This document shows, one piece after another, positions 1-7,744 of a stretch of 24,000 nt of DNA (position 1 is its first letter; each line of letters begins with the position of its first letter). The notes under the pieces are model-generated. The model saw only the letters and a program-made list of their open reading frames with translations. It was not told where the DNA came from and ran no database searches. The translations under genes were made by a program, and so were the position numbers. The DNA is from Candidatus Heimdallarchaeota archaeon (GTDB lineage: Archaea > Asgardarchaeota > Heimdallarchaeia > Heimdallarchaeales > Heimdallarchaeaceae), in the NCBI GenBank assembly GCA_019057375.1, contig DXJF01000097.1:48101-72100 (forward strand), given 5' to 3'.

Positions 1-371
1 GATCCAGAAGATTTGATGGGACCTAAAATATTAGCATCTTGACCAATTTTTGCAGAGCCACTAAACCTAGCAGAAGATTCGCTCACAAGTCCACCAGATA
101 TACCAAAGGATCCAGAACTTCTAACTGTACCCAAAGAAGTTAAGTTTCCTTCACCTTTTAATGATCCTGAGGTTTTTATTCCAGCACATTTAAAATCTCC
201 AGCAAGTCTTCCTGAACCTGAAATTTTGACAAATTTAGGAATAACTCCACCGGATATATTTGATGATCCAGAGATTTTAACTAAATCTTCTGATTCCTTT
301 AAACTTCCAGCAGAGCTGATTGTAGCTCTCTGTTCAACATTTTCGTTTGTTTCTTTAATTGTTTTTTCCAT
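1..371 (-). CDS. bactofilin-like / polymer-forming repeat protein, truncated by window edge (C-terminus missing)
   Basis: Manual minus-strand translation from ATG at 369-371: MEKTIKETNENVEQRATISSAGSLKESEDLVKISGSSNISGGVIPKFVKISGSGRLAGDFKCAGIKTSGSLKGEG... No stop before position 1. Same GSG/SGS beta-helix-like repeat pattern as the neighbouring 301-aa ORF. Confidence 0.75.
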   Translation of the reverse strand, partial: MEKTIKETNENVEQRATISSAGSLKESEDLVKISGSSNISGGVIPKFVKISGSGRLAGDFKCAGIKTSGSLKGEGNLTSLGTVRSSGSFGISGGLVSESSARFSGSAKIGQDANILGPIKSSG

Positions 372-401
372 TTATTTCACCTTTCTGTTTCATTATCTTA
401 A

Positions 402-1307
402 TTACAATCTTAGTTTTTCATGGCTTATTTTTACTGGCTCATTAGCTAAATCTGCTCTCTTGTTAACATCTATGTAATCAACATAAAAAACAGTACCTTC
501 TACATTGGTAAATGGTCCAATCTCGACTTTGAGACCTTTAACATCGCCGTCTACATTGGTATTAGCCAAATAAACTTCCCCAGTACCTAAAACATGCCCT
601 TCAATTATTGATTTCTTAAGAGATCGAAATCTTAGACCAAGGAAATCCTTTCCTTTATTGATAAGAATATCATCGCCTACTAAATCACCTTCGACCATAA
701 TTCGTCCAGCCGCTTCAACAATTCCTTGAGATAATAGGTTACCTTCAATTCTAGCAGAACCTGAAAATTTTGCTCCGCTTTCAGCTTGTAAAAGTCCTCC
801 AGTAGTAAAACTACCAGCTGCTACAATTCTGCCTTTGAGAATAGTTTCTAAGCCTACTTTTGTAGAACCTGCGAATTTTGCATCTTGATCTCCATGTAAG
901 AAACCAGCGCACTTAAAAGATCCAGCAGTATTGATGTCTCCATGGGCAGTAATGCTACCATTACTCTTTAGGGAACCAGCAGATTTCAAGTTGTTACATT
1001 CAACATCATTTTCAATTTTTCCAGAACCTGCGATGCGAATATCCTTTCCAACATACCCTCCTGAGATTTTAGTTGATCCAGCAACTGATAGAGATTTATC
1101 AGTTGATACCTTAACTCCTGAAGTATAAATCTGAGAAGCTTCTTTGTGTTGTTCAAAATTTTCTTTAGCATCATCAAGCTTTTGGAGATAACGTTCTTTT
1201 AATTCAACATAGTTTTGTTTATCGATTTCTCCTTTGTCAAACCTCTTTTCCAAGAGTTCTAATAATTCTTCATACATTTTGACTTCGTTTTTAGACAATT
1301 GTATCAC
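402..1307 (-). CDS. bactofilin-like polymer-forming protein with N-terminal coiled/SHOCT-like segment
   Basis: 301-aa ORF. N-terminus LEKRFDKGEIDKQNYVELKERYLQKL, then repeated SGSGKIENDVECNNLKSAGSLKSNGSI / AGSFKCAGFLHGD / AKFAGSTKVG / GRIVAAGSF typical of bactofilin right-handed beta-helices. Confidence 0.75.
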   Translation of the reverse strand: MIQLSKNEVKMYEELLELLEKRFDKGEIDKQNYVELKERYLQKLDDAKENFEQHKEASQIYTSGVKVSTDKSLSVAGSTKISGGYVGKDIRIAGSGKIENDVECNNLKSAGSLKSNGSITAHGDINTAGSFKCAGFLHGDQDAKFAGSTKVGLETILKGRIVAAGSFTTGGLLQAESGAKFSGSARIEGNLLSQGIVEAAGRIMVEGDLVGDDILINKGKDFLGLRFRSLKKSIIEGHVLGTGEVYLANTNVDGDVKGLKVEIGPFTNVEGTVFYVDYIDVNKRADLANEPVKISHEKLRL

Positions 1308-1465
1308 TATGATACCAATAACATCGCTTTATTTAATCATTTTTTTAATTGGTTAGAACAAGTGCTTAATCGCCAGGTTAAACGTTTTTAATATCAAGGT
1401 AAAGAGGATAAACCATATAGCTTAAGGTTAAACCAACCAGTGAAAAAATCCACAAAAGGTAAGAA

Positions 1466-1507
1466 TGGTGCGGGGAGGGAGATTCGAACTCCCGAACCAC
1501 TAAGGAA
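1466..1507 (-). pseudogene. tRNA-Leu 3' fragment, copy 1 (T arm, 3' acceptor strand and CCA); interrupted by the TnpB element and apparently resumed at 3547
   Basis: Minus strand TTCCTTAGTGGTTCGGGAGTTCGAATCTCCCTCCCCGCACCA, nearly identical to the 3' end of the intact tRNA-Leu at 6073-6201. Confidence 0.8.
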
Positions 1508-1555
1508 AGGTGTTTTTTTATCGTGTTTAAATATCAAATTACAGATATAAAAGTG

Positions 1556-3481
1556 ATGAATTCTGTGCTTGTAAAAGATCTCGAAGAAGAAAAGGAAGTT
1601 CAAAAAACCTATTCCTTAGTTCTTAGATTTCAAAATCTAGCACAAAGAAAAGAAGCTAACCATCGAGTCAGCGATTTAGAAGATAAACAATCACTATTAC
1701 TATATGATACTTCTACTCAAAAAATTGCAAGAGATTTAGCTCGCGAAAATCCAAATGTTTCATTTCCTATTTCTAAAATCCAAAAATCTTCGAGGAGCAG
1801 TTCAAATATCTCTTTCAGTGCTTATAATTGGTTGTTTGCAGCATCAAAAGTGTCTGTTGATAAGGAAAAGAAAGTAGCTGATTTATTCCAGTTTCTGTTA
1901 CAAAATCCACAGCAAGCAATTGAATGGGTGATTCTTGGACGTTCTCCCTATACTGAAATTTCTCTTTCGAAGAAATGGAGAGTAGATTATGTATATGTTA
2001 TAAATCTCTTGACAAGTACTAGACGAAAAACTAACACTTATTGGAAAAAGAATTTTACTATGAGCTTTAAAGAAAAGCAACTAGAGTTCAATTCAAAGCT
2101 TCCAAAGACAACACAATTTGAAGTTGAACAAGCAATACAAGACTGCTATGAAGTAAAGGTAGAAGAGTATGCAAAATTGAAGAAAACTACTGAAAAACAA
2201 TATACTTTTCTTGATAAATTAGCTTTGGTAGTGAAACATAAGTATGTTATAGCTCCATATGTAACTTCTTGGATTAATCTTTCTCAAAAAGCTCGGTGGA
2301 AAAGCTTAAAGCAACTGAGTAAACAACTTGCTGAAACGATTGGTCAAATCAATGAAAAACTCCATTCTACAATAAGATTGATAGTAGTTTTTGCACTCTT
2401 CTCAAAACTGTGGGGGACTGTATCTAAATTAATTGATTCAACTAATCCAGAAGAAGTTGTAAGTTCTCCGTTTGAAAGAAAAAAAGCGAATTTACCAATT
2501 AAAATGTTAATGAAACATGAATATGACATAATTCGACCTGGTAACTCTCAAAAGATGACACAACTTGCTAAAGAACAAGGATGCTTTGAACTTGGATTTC
2601 CATGTAAAGGAAAAAAAAGAATAACAGGTAATCTTCTGTTTACAGAAAAAATTATCGAATATCTGAAAAATGGTGCTAGTGTAAGAATCTTACAAATTAA
2701 AAGTGGAAAAGCTCCTAACTACAAACCCAAGATTTCAGTTGTTCTTCATGGTACTCCTAGCATGTTTGTGAGCACCAAACTAGCACAAAAATATGCTAAC
2801 AGTATGAATCTCACTGCTGCTAATATCTTAGGGCTAGATGTCAATAGAGTAGGAAAACACATGTTGTCGTTCTCTAATGAAGTTCCATTGGATTCTAGAT
2901 TGAGATCTTTATCAAACCATTACCTCTCCTTAACAAGAAAAGAAATTCCAAGATTGAGTAACTCACTAAAAACTAAAGGTAAGCAAAAAGATAGTTATGG
3001 TTATATTAAAACAAAGGGTGAGCTAAATAGGATATATAACAAAAGAACTAATATAATTAAGGAAATTAAGAGAATAATACCACATTACATTGCGGGAGTT
3101 ATTATCAAGAGTAAGTGTAAATTTTTTTGTATAGAAGAGTTTCGTAAGAATCCAAGAGGGAAAAGAGGTGCATTAGCAAAAGCAATATACAACATGCCTT
3201 ACGAAGACAATATTTTTGAAAAAGCAGTCCAGATTGCGACTCACATTCTTAGTTATAAAGTGAAACTTGTATATGTAAGTGCTCGTAACACAAGTAAATA
3301 TCATTATAGTTGTAGAGGTGTGATTCAAAGAGATCTTAAAAATTATGATTATGCTCTCTGTAAAAAATGTGGTGAACGAGTAAATACACATATTAATGCT
3401 GCTAAAAACATTGCGAAGAAAGGAGAAACAATAATAAAGCAAATCAAGCTTCCCCTAGACGCCGCTAAGGGGACGGGGTAA
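1556..3481 (+). CDS. large divergent TnpB-like RuvC protein with atypical RuvC-III motif
   Basis: ORF track gives 1523..3481 (GTG start); ATG at 1556 is a likely alternative. RuvC-I-like ILGLDVNRVG, RuvC-II-like FFCIEEFRKNPRGKRG, TSKYHYSC...CKKCG zinc-finger region, terminal NTHINAAKNI (canonical D-R-D / N-A-D-x-N-A/G-A). Confidence 0.85.
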   Translation: MNSVLVKDLEEEKEVQKTYSLVLRFQNLAQRKEANHRVSDLEDKQSLLLYDTSTQKIARDLARENPNVSFPISKIQKSSRSSSNISFSAYNWLFAASKVSVDKEKKVADLFQFLLQNPQQAIEWVILGRSPYTEISLSKKWRVDYVYVINLLTSTRRKTNTYWKKNFTMSFKEKQLEFNSKLPKTTQFEVEQAIQDCYEVKVEEYAKLKKTTEKQYTFLDKLALVVKHKYVIAPYVTSWINLSQKARWKSLKQLSKQLAETIGQINEKLHSTIRLIVVFALFSKLWGTVSKLIDSTNPEEVVSSPFERKKANLPIKMLMKHEYDIIRPGNSQKMTQLAKEQGCFELGFPCKGKKRITGNLLFTEKIIEYLKNGASVRILQIKSGKAPNYKPKISVVLHGTPSMFVSTKLAQKYANSMNLTAANILGLDVNRVGKHMLSFSNEVPLDSRLRSLSNHYLSLTRKEIPRLSNSLKTKGKQKDSYGYIKTKGELNRIYNKRTNIIKEIKRIIPHYIAGVIIKSKCKFFCIEEFRKNPRGKRGALAKAIYNMPYEDNIFEKAVQIATHILSYKVKLVYVSARNTSKYHYSCRGVIQRDLKNYDYALCKKCGERVNTHINAAKNIAKKGETIIKQIKLPLDAAKGTG

Positions 3482-3546
3482 ATAAACCCCTCAAGTAAAC
3501 CTAAAGTTTCTACGAGAACCTAGTAAACTTCATTACGTGCGTGGAA
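3430..3546 (+). ncRNA. candidate omegaRNA / right-end RNA overlapping the tnpB 3' end
   Basis: Potential hairpins: CCCCT(3452-3456)/AGGGG(3468-3472), GGGG(3475-3478)/CCCC(3487-3490), GTAA/TTAC near 3523-3536, in the position expected for omegaRNA of TnpB elements. 5' end is arbitrary. Confidence 0.45.
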
Positions 3547-3575
3547 CGGATGACTTATTATTTTAATAAATAATA
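3547..3575 (-). pseudogene. continuation of tRNA-Leu remnant copy 1 (39-43 stem side and 3' part of intron)
   Basis: Minus strand ...AATAAGTCATCCG matches copy 2 ...GATAAGAAATCCG and copy 3 ...GATGAGCCATCCG immediately 5' of the exon 2 junction. Confidence 0.55.
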
Positions 3576-3610
3576 GTTAGCTTAGATAAGAAAAATAGAT
3601 TTGAAAAAAT

Positions 3611-3714
3611 TGGTGCGGAGAGGGAGATTCGAACTCCCGAACTACAAAGGAACGGATTTCTTATCTATTCTCTAACCCTTATCTTAGGTTTAAAACTAAG
3701 ATCTTAAGTCCACC
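3611..3714 (-). pseudogene. tRNA-Leu 3' part, copy 2, including anticodon stem-loop (UAA), ~45-nt intron, T arm, acceptor 3' strand and CCA; lacks 5' acceptor and D arm
   Basis: Minus strand GTGGACTTAAG^ATCTTAGTTTTAAACCTAAGATAAGGGTTAGAGAATAGATAAGAA^ATCCGTTCCTTTGTAGTTCGGGAGTTCGAATCTCCCTCTCCGCACCA. Upstream sequence (TTTATGTTTCAAG) is not tRNA-like. Confidence 0.8.
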
Positions 3715-3760
3715 TTGAAACATAAAAGTATTAAAGGTTTAAAAGACAAAATAGGATTAA

Positions 3761-4639
3761 ATGTCTAGTAAAAATTGGGACACTGTAATAGAGTTACTAG
3801 AAACAATCACGCCCTCATATTACTTAGAAAAGGAGCTTAAAGCTACATTCAAATCTAATCTCCAATATAGAATAGGAAAATACTCTGAGAATTGTCGATA
3901 TTTCTTTCAGGAAGGTTTCGAAAAAAAATATTCAAATATTATTCCATCAGCAATAATTGTACCAAGGAAGTCAGGAACTAATATAAGCAAAATCGCAAAT
4001 GAAGCTGTTATATATTTTAAACAAAGCTTGGAATTGTTTAAAACATTGGATAACGTTGAAGAAAATGTGAGTCCATTATTGGAATATTATGGATTATTAC
4101 AATGTGTTAAGGGAGTAGTAATTTTAGAATTAGATGTGAAAAGTGACAAGATATTTAGTAAGCATGGTTTAACTCAAGAAACAAGATTTCATTCAAAAAT
4201 AGATGAACCAAAATCAACAAAAAAATATAAACTAAAAATGATTAAGAGAATTAAGCCATCAAAATATATCAACGCTAAAATTATGCCTTATGGTGTTTTA
4301 ACATCTTTAATCATTCGTTTCACAGATCATTATGATGAACTTTATTCTGACAGAGACATATACAAAATAAGTAAGCATTCTATGGATAAATACGTAACAG
4401 GATACTATAGACCTTCATTAGAAGAAATAACAACCAATCATCATGTAGATCCAATAATTGCTTTCATAGGTTCTTGGATGTTATCAACATTGGTAAGATA
4501 TAAAGCAAAAATGTGGCAAGAAATATGTTTGGGAGAAAAAGATGACATAATAAATAATATTAGAAAATTTAGGAGGGAAAAAATACCTAAAGCAGTAGAA
4601 ACTATGCTAATGGATTATGTAAGAAAGAGCTCTTGGTAA
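3761..4639 (+). CDS. YaaC-like protein
   Basis: 292 aa. Central motif EAVIYFKQSLELFKTLDNVEENVSPLLEYYGLLQCVKGVVIL...SKHGLTQ resembles YaaC family proteins (recognised by eye, not searched). Confidence 0.55.
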   Translation: MSSKNWDTVIELLETITPSYYLEKELKATFKSNLQYRIGKYSENCRYFFQEGFEKKYSNIIPSAIIVPRKSGTNISKIANEAVIYFKQSLELFKTLDNVEENVSPLLEYYGLLQCVKGVVILELDVKSDKIFSKHGLTQETRFHSKIDEPKSTKKYKLKMIKRIKPSKYINAKIMPYGVLTSLIIRFTDHYDELYSDRDIYKISKHSMDKYVTGYYRPSLEEITTNHHVDPIIAFIGSWMLSTLVRYKAKMWQEICLGEKDDIINNIRKFRREKIPKAVETMLMDYVRKSSW

Positions 4640-4721
4640 CAGCTTAAAGAGTATTCATAAGTACTACAAAAGCTTAAAAAATAATGAATGAAAAAGGAAG
4701 GAGAGAAAGGAGGGGAGACAA

Positions 4722-6065
4722 GTGCAAGAGGATAATAGCGAAAATTTAGCTGAGCCAATAGGAATTAAAGAATTAGGAAAGAGAATAATTCTTCTCCCTT
4801 ATCACATTATAAGGCTCATAGTAAATAATGTTTTACTATTTATTTTAGGAAGTATAGAAAATGGAGTAATAATTGTAAGAGCAAAAAAAAGTATCAAGAT
4901 TGAAGAAGGAATAAAAAAACTCATACAGGAAAACGAATGTATTCTAAGAAAAAGTATCTACTTAAAGAAAAACGATAGTATAGACGAGATTAAACCAGAA
5001 GAGGAAGAAGAGCAAGAAGTAAAACGAATAAATGTTTTGAATAGAATAATGGCTATAGTAGTAATTTCAATAGTTTGGTCGTTTCAAATTGTGTTGAGAG
5101 TCATAGTTTGGATATTTATCTTGATTAATTGTTTAACCATTAGAAAGAAAGTAGGTTTAAAGGAGTGGGAAGAGAATAATTTGGGATATTACAGAGAAAC
5201 CATAAAATATCTTACAGGTATTAGTGAAGAAATACCTTTTTGGAAAGAATTAGGTGGTTGGGGCGAAGGTTTATTATTTATATTAGTATTTGATTTGGTT
5301 GTTATTAGGAATGGATTCTTAAGATTGTGTAGGATAATTCTTGGAGATACTTACAGTTATTATTTGATTATTTCGTTAGTATATATCATAATTTTCGTAA
5401 TTCTTATACCAAAATATCTGAAGTTTCCAAGTAAAAGTGGGGAAAGGAAAACTAAGCAAATAGTAAGAAGAATAGGAGTAAAAAAACCAAAAAGTATAGC
5501 AAGGACTCTCTTAATTGTGATTCTACTATTAGCAATTAAATTAGGAATTATTTATGGAATATCCTTGCTAATAGATTATAATGTAGAAAATTTTATTTTC
5601 CCAGTAAATACAGGTTATATAATTGCAGTAAGTATGAGTGCAGGTATTGCTGAAGAAATAATATACAGGGGATATGTAATAGAAGTAACAAAAAGAAAAT
5701 ATGGAACTTTAGTAACTATGATAATTTCAGGGTGTCTTTTTGGACTTGCACATTTTGCGCTTAATCCATCCATTTATAGTTTTGTTCAGATGTTGTTCGT
5801 AACCTTTATAGGAATAACATATGCGTATTTCAGAATTCTATCAGATTCATTGATAGGACCAATAGTCATGCACACAATATATGACATAATTGTACTATCA
5901 GTAGTATATACAACAGAAAAAATACCTGATTATGTCGTGTATTTGATAGCAATTACATTGAGTATTATAATAACAATAATTTCAATTAATTTGCTGAAAC
6001 TAATATACAAAGACAAAGAACTATTGATATTTAAGAAAAGAGGGAAAGAACAGAAGGAAGGATAA
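4722..6065 (+). CDS. CPBP-family (CAAX protease / Abi) intramembrane glutamic endopeptidase with multiple TM segments
   Basis: 447 aa, GTG start with GGAGGGG upstream. Motifs AEEIIYRGYV, FGLAHF, GPIVMHTIYDI typical of CPBP proteases; many hydrophobic helices. Confidence 0.85.
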   Translation: MQEDNSENLAEPIGIKELGKRIILLPYHIIRLIVNNVLLFILGSIENGVIIVRAKKSIKIEEGIKKLIQENECILRKSIYLKKNDSIDEIKPEEEEEQEVKRINVLNRIMAIVVISIVWSFQIVLRVIVWIFILINCLTIRKKVGLKEWEENNLGYYRETIKYLTGISEEIPFWKELGGWGEGLLFILVFDLVVIRNGFLRLCRIILGDTYSYYLIISLVYIIIFVILIPKYLKFPSKSGERKTKQIVRRIGVKKPKSIARTLLIVILLLAIKLGIIYGISLLIDYNVENFIFPVNTGYIIAVSMSAGIAEEIIYRGYVIEVTKRKYGTLVTMIISGCLFGLAHFALNPSIYSFVQMLFVTFIGITYAYFRILSDSLIGPIVMHTIYDIIVLSVVYTTEKIPDYVVYLIAITLSIIITIISINLLKLIYKDKELLIFKKRGKEQKEG

Positions 6066-6072
6066 AGGAAAA

Positions 6073-6201
6073 TGGTGCGGGGAGGGAGATTCGAACTCCC
6101 GAACTACTAAAGAACGGATGGCTCATCTGACTTCTAACCCTTATCTTAGGCATAAACCAAGATCTTAAGTCCGCCGCCGTTGGCCACTTGGCTATCCCCG
6201 C
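6073..6201 (-). tRNA. tRNA-Leu(UAA) with 44-nt intron at 37/38 (intron 6120-6163), CCA encoded
   Basis: Acceptor GCGGGGA/TCCCCGC; D arm GCC...GGC; anticodon stem GCGGA/TCCGT with loop CTTAAG-A; T arm GGGAG TTCGAAT CTCCC. Bulge-helix-bulge supported by CUUA/UGAG central helix with AG^A and CC^A 3-nt bulges. Confidence 0.95.
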
Positions 6202-6285
6202 CAACAAAGTCTCAATGTTTGACTATTATAATGAATTTCATTCTTCTTTTAAGATTTTTCATCTTGATTTGAAATTGATTGAAGA

Positions 6286-7599
6286 TCATGGATGGAGTCT
6301 TGTTGGATCTCTTGGTAGTAATCTCGCTTCTCTAATATTAGGTAAATCAAGGATCTTTTGCACAAATCTTTCAATTCCTGTACCACTTCCTCCATGTGGA
6401 GGTGCTCCATTTCTAAAGAACTGCAGATAACTGTCAACCTCTTCAAGCTTGAAATCCTTTTCAACAGCTTGCTTGGCTAAAATATCTACTCTGTGTTCTC
6501 TTTGTCCTCCAGTGGTTAATTCTTGTCCTTTGAATAAGAGATCAAAAGATTTTGTCAATCTTGGATCTTCATCATCCTTCATAGTATAGAATGGTCTAAT
6601 TTTCCAAGGATATTGGTCTACGAATACAAAGTCTGAATTCCATTTCTCTTTTGCATACCTACCAATTATTCCCTCTGCTTCAGCGTCTAAATCTTCATAG
6701 AGGTCTAGTTCTTTTCCTTCACTTGCTAAAACTTCATTACATTCAGGAATTGTAATTATTGGCCATTCTTTGGGTTGATCATCAATTTGAACTCCCAATA
6801 CTTCAAGAGAATTAGCTCTAGATGTTTTTATTGTTTTGAGAGCAAAACCAATTGCGCCTTGTATTACTTTCATGACATCTTTTTGATCATTAATGTATGA
6901 AATCTCAAAATCTATAGAAGTATATTCGCATAAATGACGATTAGTGTGGTGTTTCTCAGCTCTAAAAACAGGCCCTATTTCAAAAACTCTTTCAAATCCT
7001 GCCATTAACATCATTTGTTTATAGAATTGAGGGGATTGTGCTAAGTATGCTTTTTTATCAAAATAATTTATTTCAAAAACACTAGCGCCACTTTCTGTTG
7101 CTGAACCAACAATTTTAGCTGAAAAGAACTGTAAGAAGTCGTTATCTCTAAAATATTGTTGAATTGCATAAGCAGCAGTACTCTCAATTTCGAAAATGTG
7201 AGCAATCTTTTTATCTCTTAAATCTAGAAACCTATAATCGTATCTCTTATCAGGATTTGTTTCAATCTTATCACCAACTGAAATTGGATATTCTTGAGCT
7301 CTTTTATTGATAATTTCAATCTCAGACGGAAGGATTTCCTTTCCATTTGGGGCACTTTCATTGGTTACGACATTTCCAGTAACTGCAATTATATCTCCTT
7401 CTTGAAAATCTAAAGCAAATATCTCTTCAGATACTTTCTTTTTGGGTAAAACTATTTGTACAATCCCTGTTCTATCTTGTAATTGAATGAATCGTAATCC
7501 TCCAAGATTGCGAACTTGTTGAACCCATCCTGCAATCGATATCTTTTCACCTGTTGTAGAAAAAACCTTCTCAATAGGATTTCTTTGACTAAAGTCCAT
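6286..7599 (-). CDS. aspS: aspartate--tRNA ligase (archaeal type, possibly non-discriminating)
   Basis: 437 aa. N-terminal OB fold (IAGWVQQVRNLGGLRFIQLQDRTGIVQIV), class II motifs FRAEKHHTNRHLCEYTSIDFE and GAPPHGGSGTGIERFVQKIL. Confidence 0.95.
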   Translation of the reverse strand: MDFSQRNPIEKVFSTTGEKISIAGWVQQVRNLGGLRFIQLQDRTGIVQIVLPKKKVSEEIFALDFQEGDIIAVTGNVVTNESAPNGKEILPSEIEIINKRAQEYPISVGDKIETNPDKRYDYRFLDLRDKKIAHIFEIESTAAYAIQQYFRDNDFLQFFSAKIVGSATESGASVFEINYFDKKAYLAQSPQFYKQMMLMAGFERVFEIGPVFRAEKHHTNRHLCEYTSIDFEISYINDQKDVMKVIQGAIGFALKTIKTSRANSLEVLGVQIDDQPKEWPIITIPECNEVLASEGKELDLYEDLDAEAEGIIGRYAKEKWNSDFVFVDQYPWKIRPFYTMKDDEDPRLTKSFDLLFKGQELTTGGQREHRVDILAKQAVEKDFKLEEVDSYLQFFRNGAPPHGGSGTGIERFVQKILDLPNIREARLLPRDPTRLHP

Positions 7600-7744
7600 G
7601 TTACAGTCCTCAGTTTATTTGTTTGCACCTTTGAAAGTTTATTAAAAAAGATTCTCTTCTTTGTTGTATAAAAATGTGAAAAAAATGACTTTCTGAGAAA
7701 AAACGTTATTTAGCTATTATCCTAATAACTTTGTAGCGATACTA

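Larger units (their letters stand above)
1504..3546 (+). mobile_element. IS605/IS1341-like element carrying only tnpB, inserted in tRNA-Leu remnant copy 1 (ends approximate, 4-bp GGAA ambiguity)
   Basis: tRNA-like sequence ...CCACTAAGGAA on the left resumes as CGGATGAC... at 3547, matching tRNA-Leu CTAAAGAACGGATGGC. A TnpB-like ORF and structured 3' end lie between. No tnpA found. Confidence 0.65.
3611..6201. mobile_element. putative genomic island bounded by direct tRNA-Leu repeats (copy 2 and intact tRNA-Leu)
   Basis: Direct repeats of the tRNA 3' portion flank two accessory-type ORFs, the arrangement left by tRNA-targeting integration. No integrase recognised inside. Confidence 0.55.

Noticed and set aside
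226-477. 83-aa plus-strand ORF with hydrophobic residues
   Set aside because: Antisense to the two bactofilin-like genes; composition artefact.
931-1177. Additional plus- and minus-strand ORFs of 63-65 aa inside the bactofilin gene
   Set aside because: Fully overlapped by the 301-aa coding ORF; no independent support.
1394-1603. 69-aa minus-strand ORF over the tRNA-Leu remnant
   Set aside because: Translates tRNA sequence (SGVRISLPAP); not protein-coding.
3553-3573. TATTATTT-TAAT-AAATAATA perfect hairpin as a transcription terminator for tnpB
   Set aside because: It lies in the sequence corresponding to the tRNA copy 1 intron, is purely AT, and has no T-tract. More likely an intron hairpin remnant or chance in AT-rich DNA.
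3611-3714. Possible 3' half of a genuine split (trans-spliced) tRNA gene
   Set aside because: An intact cis-spliced tRNA-Leu(UAA) lies at 6073-6201, a cis intron is retained in the fragment, and no 5' half with a complementary leader is visible. An integration scar is simpler, though transcription would be worth testing.
6188-6430. 80-aa plus-strand ORF overlapping tRNA-Leu 5' end and aspS 3' end
   Set aside because: Antisense to a well supported tRNA and aspS with no domain-like sequence; spurious.
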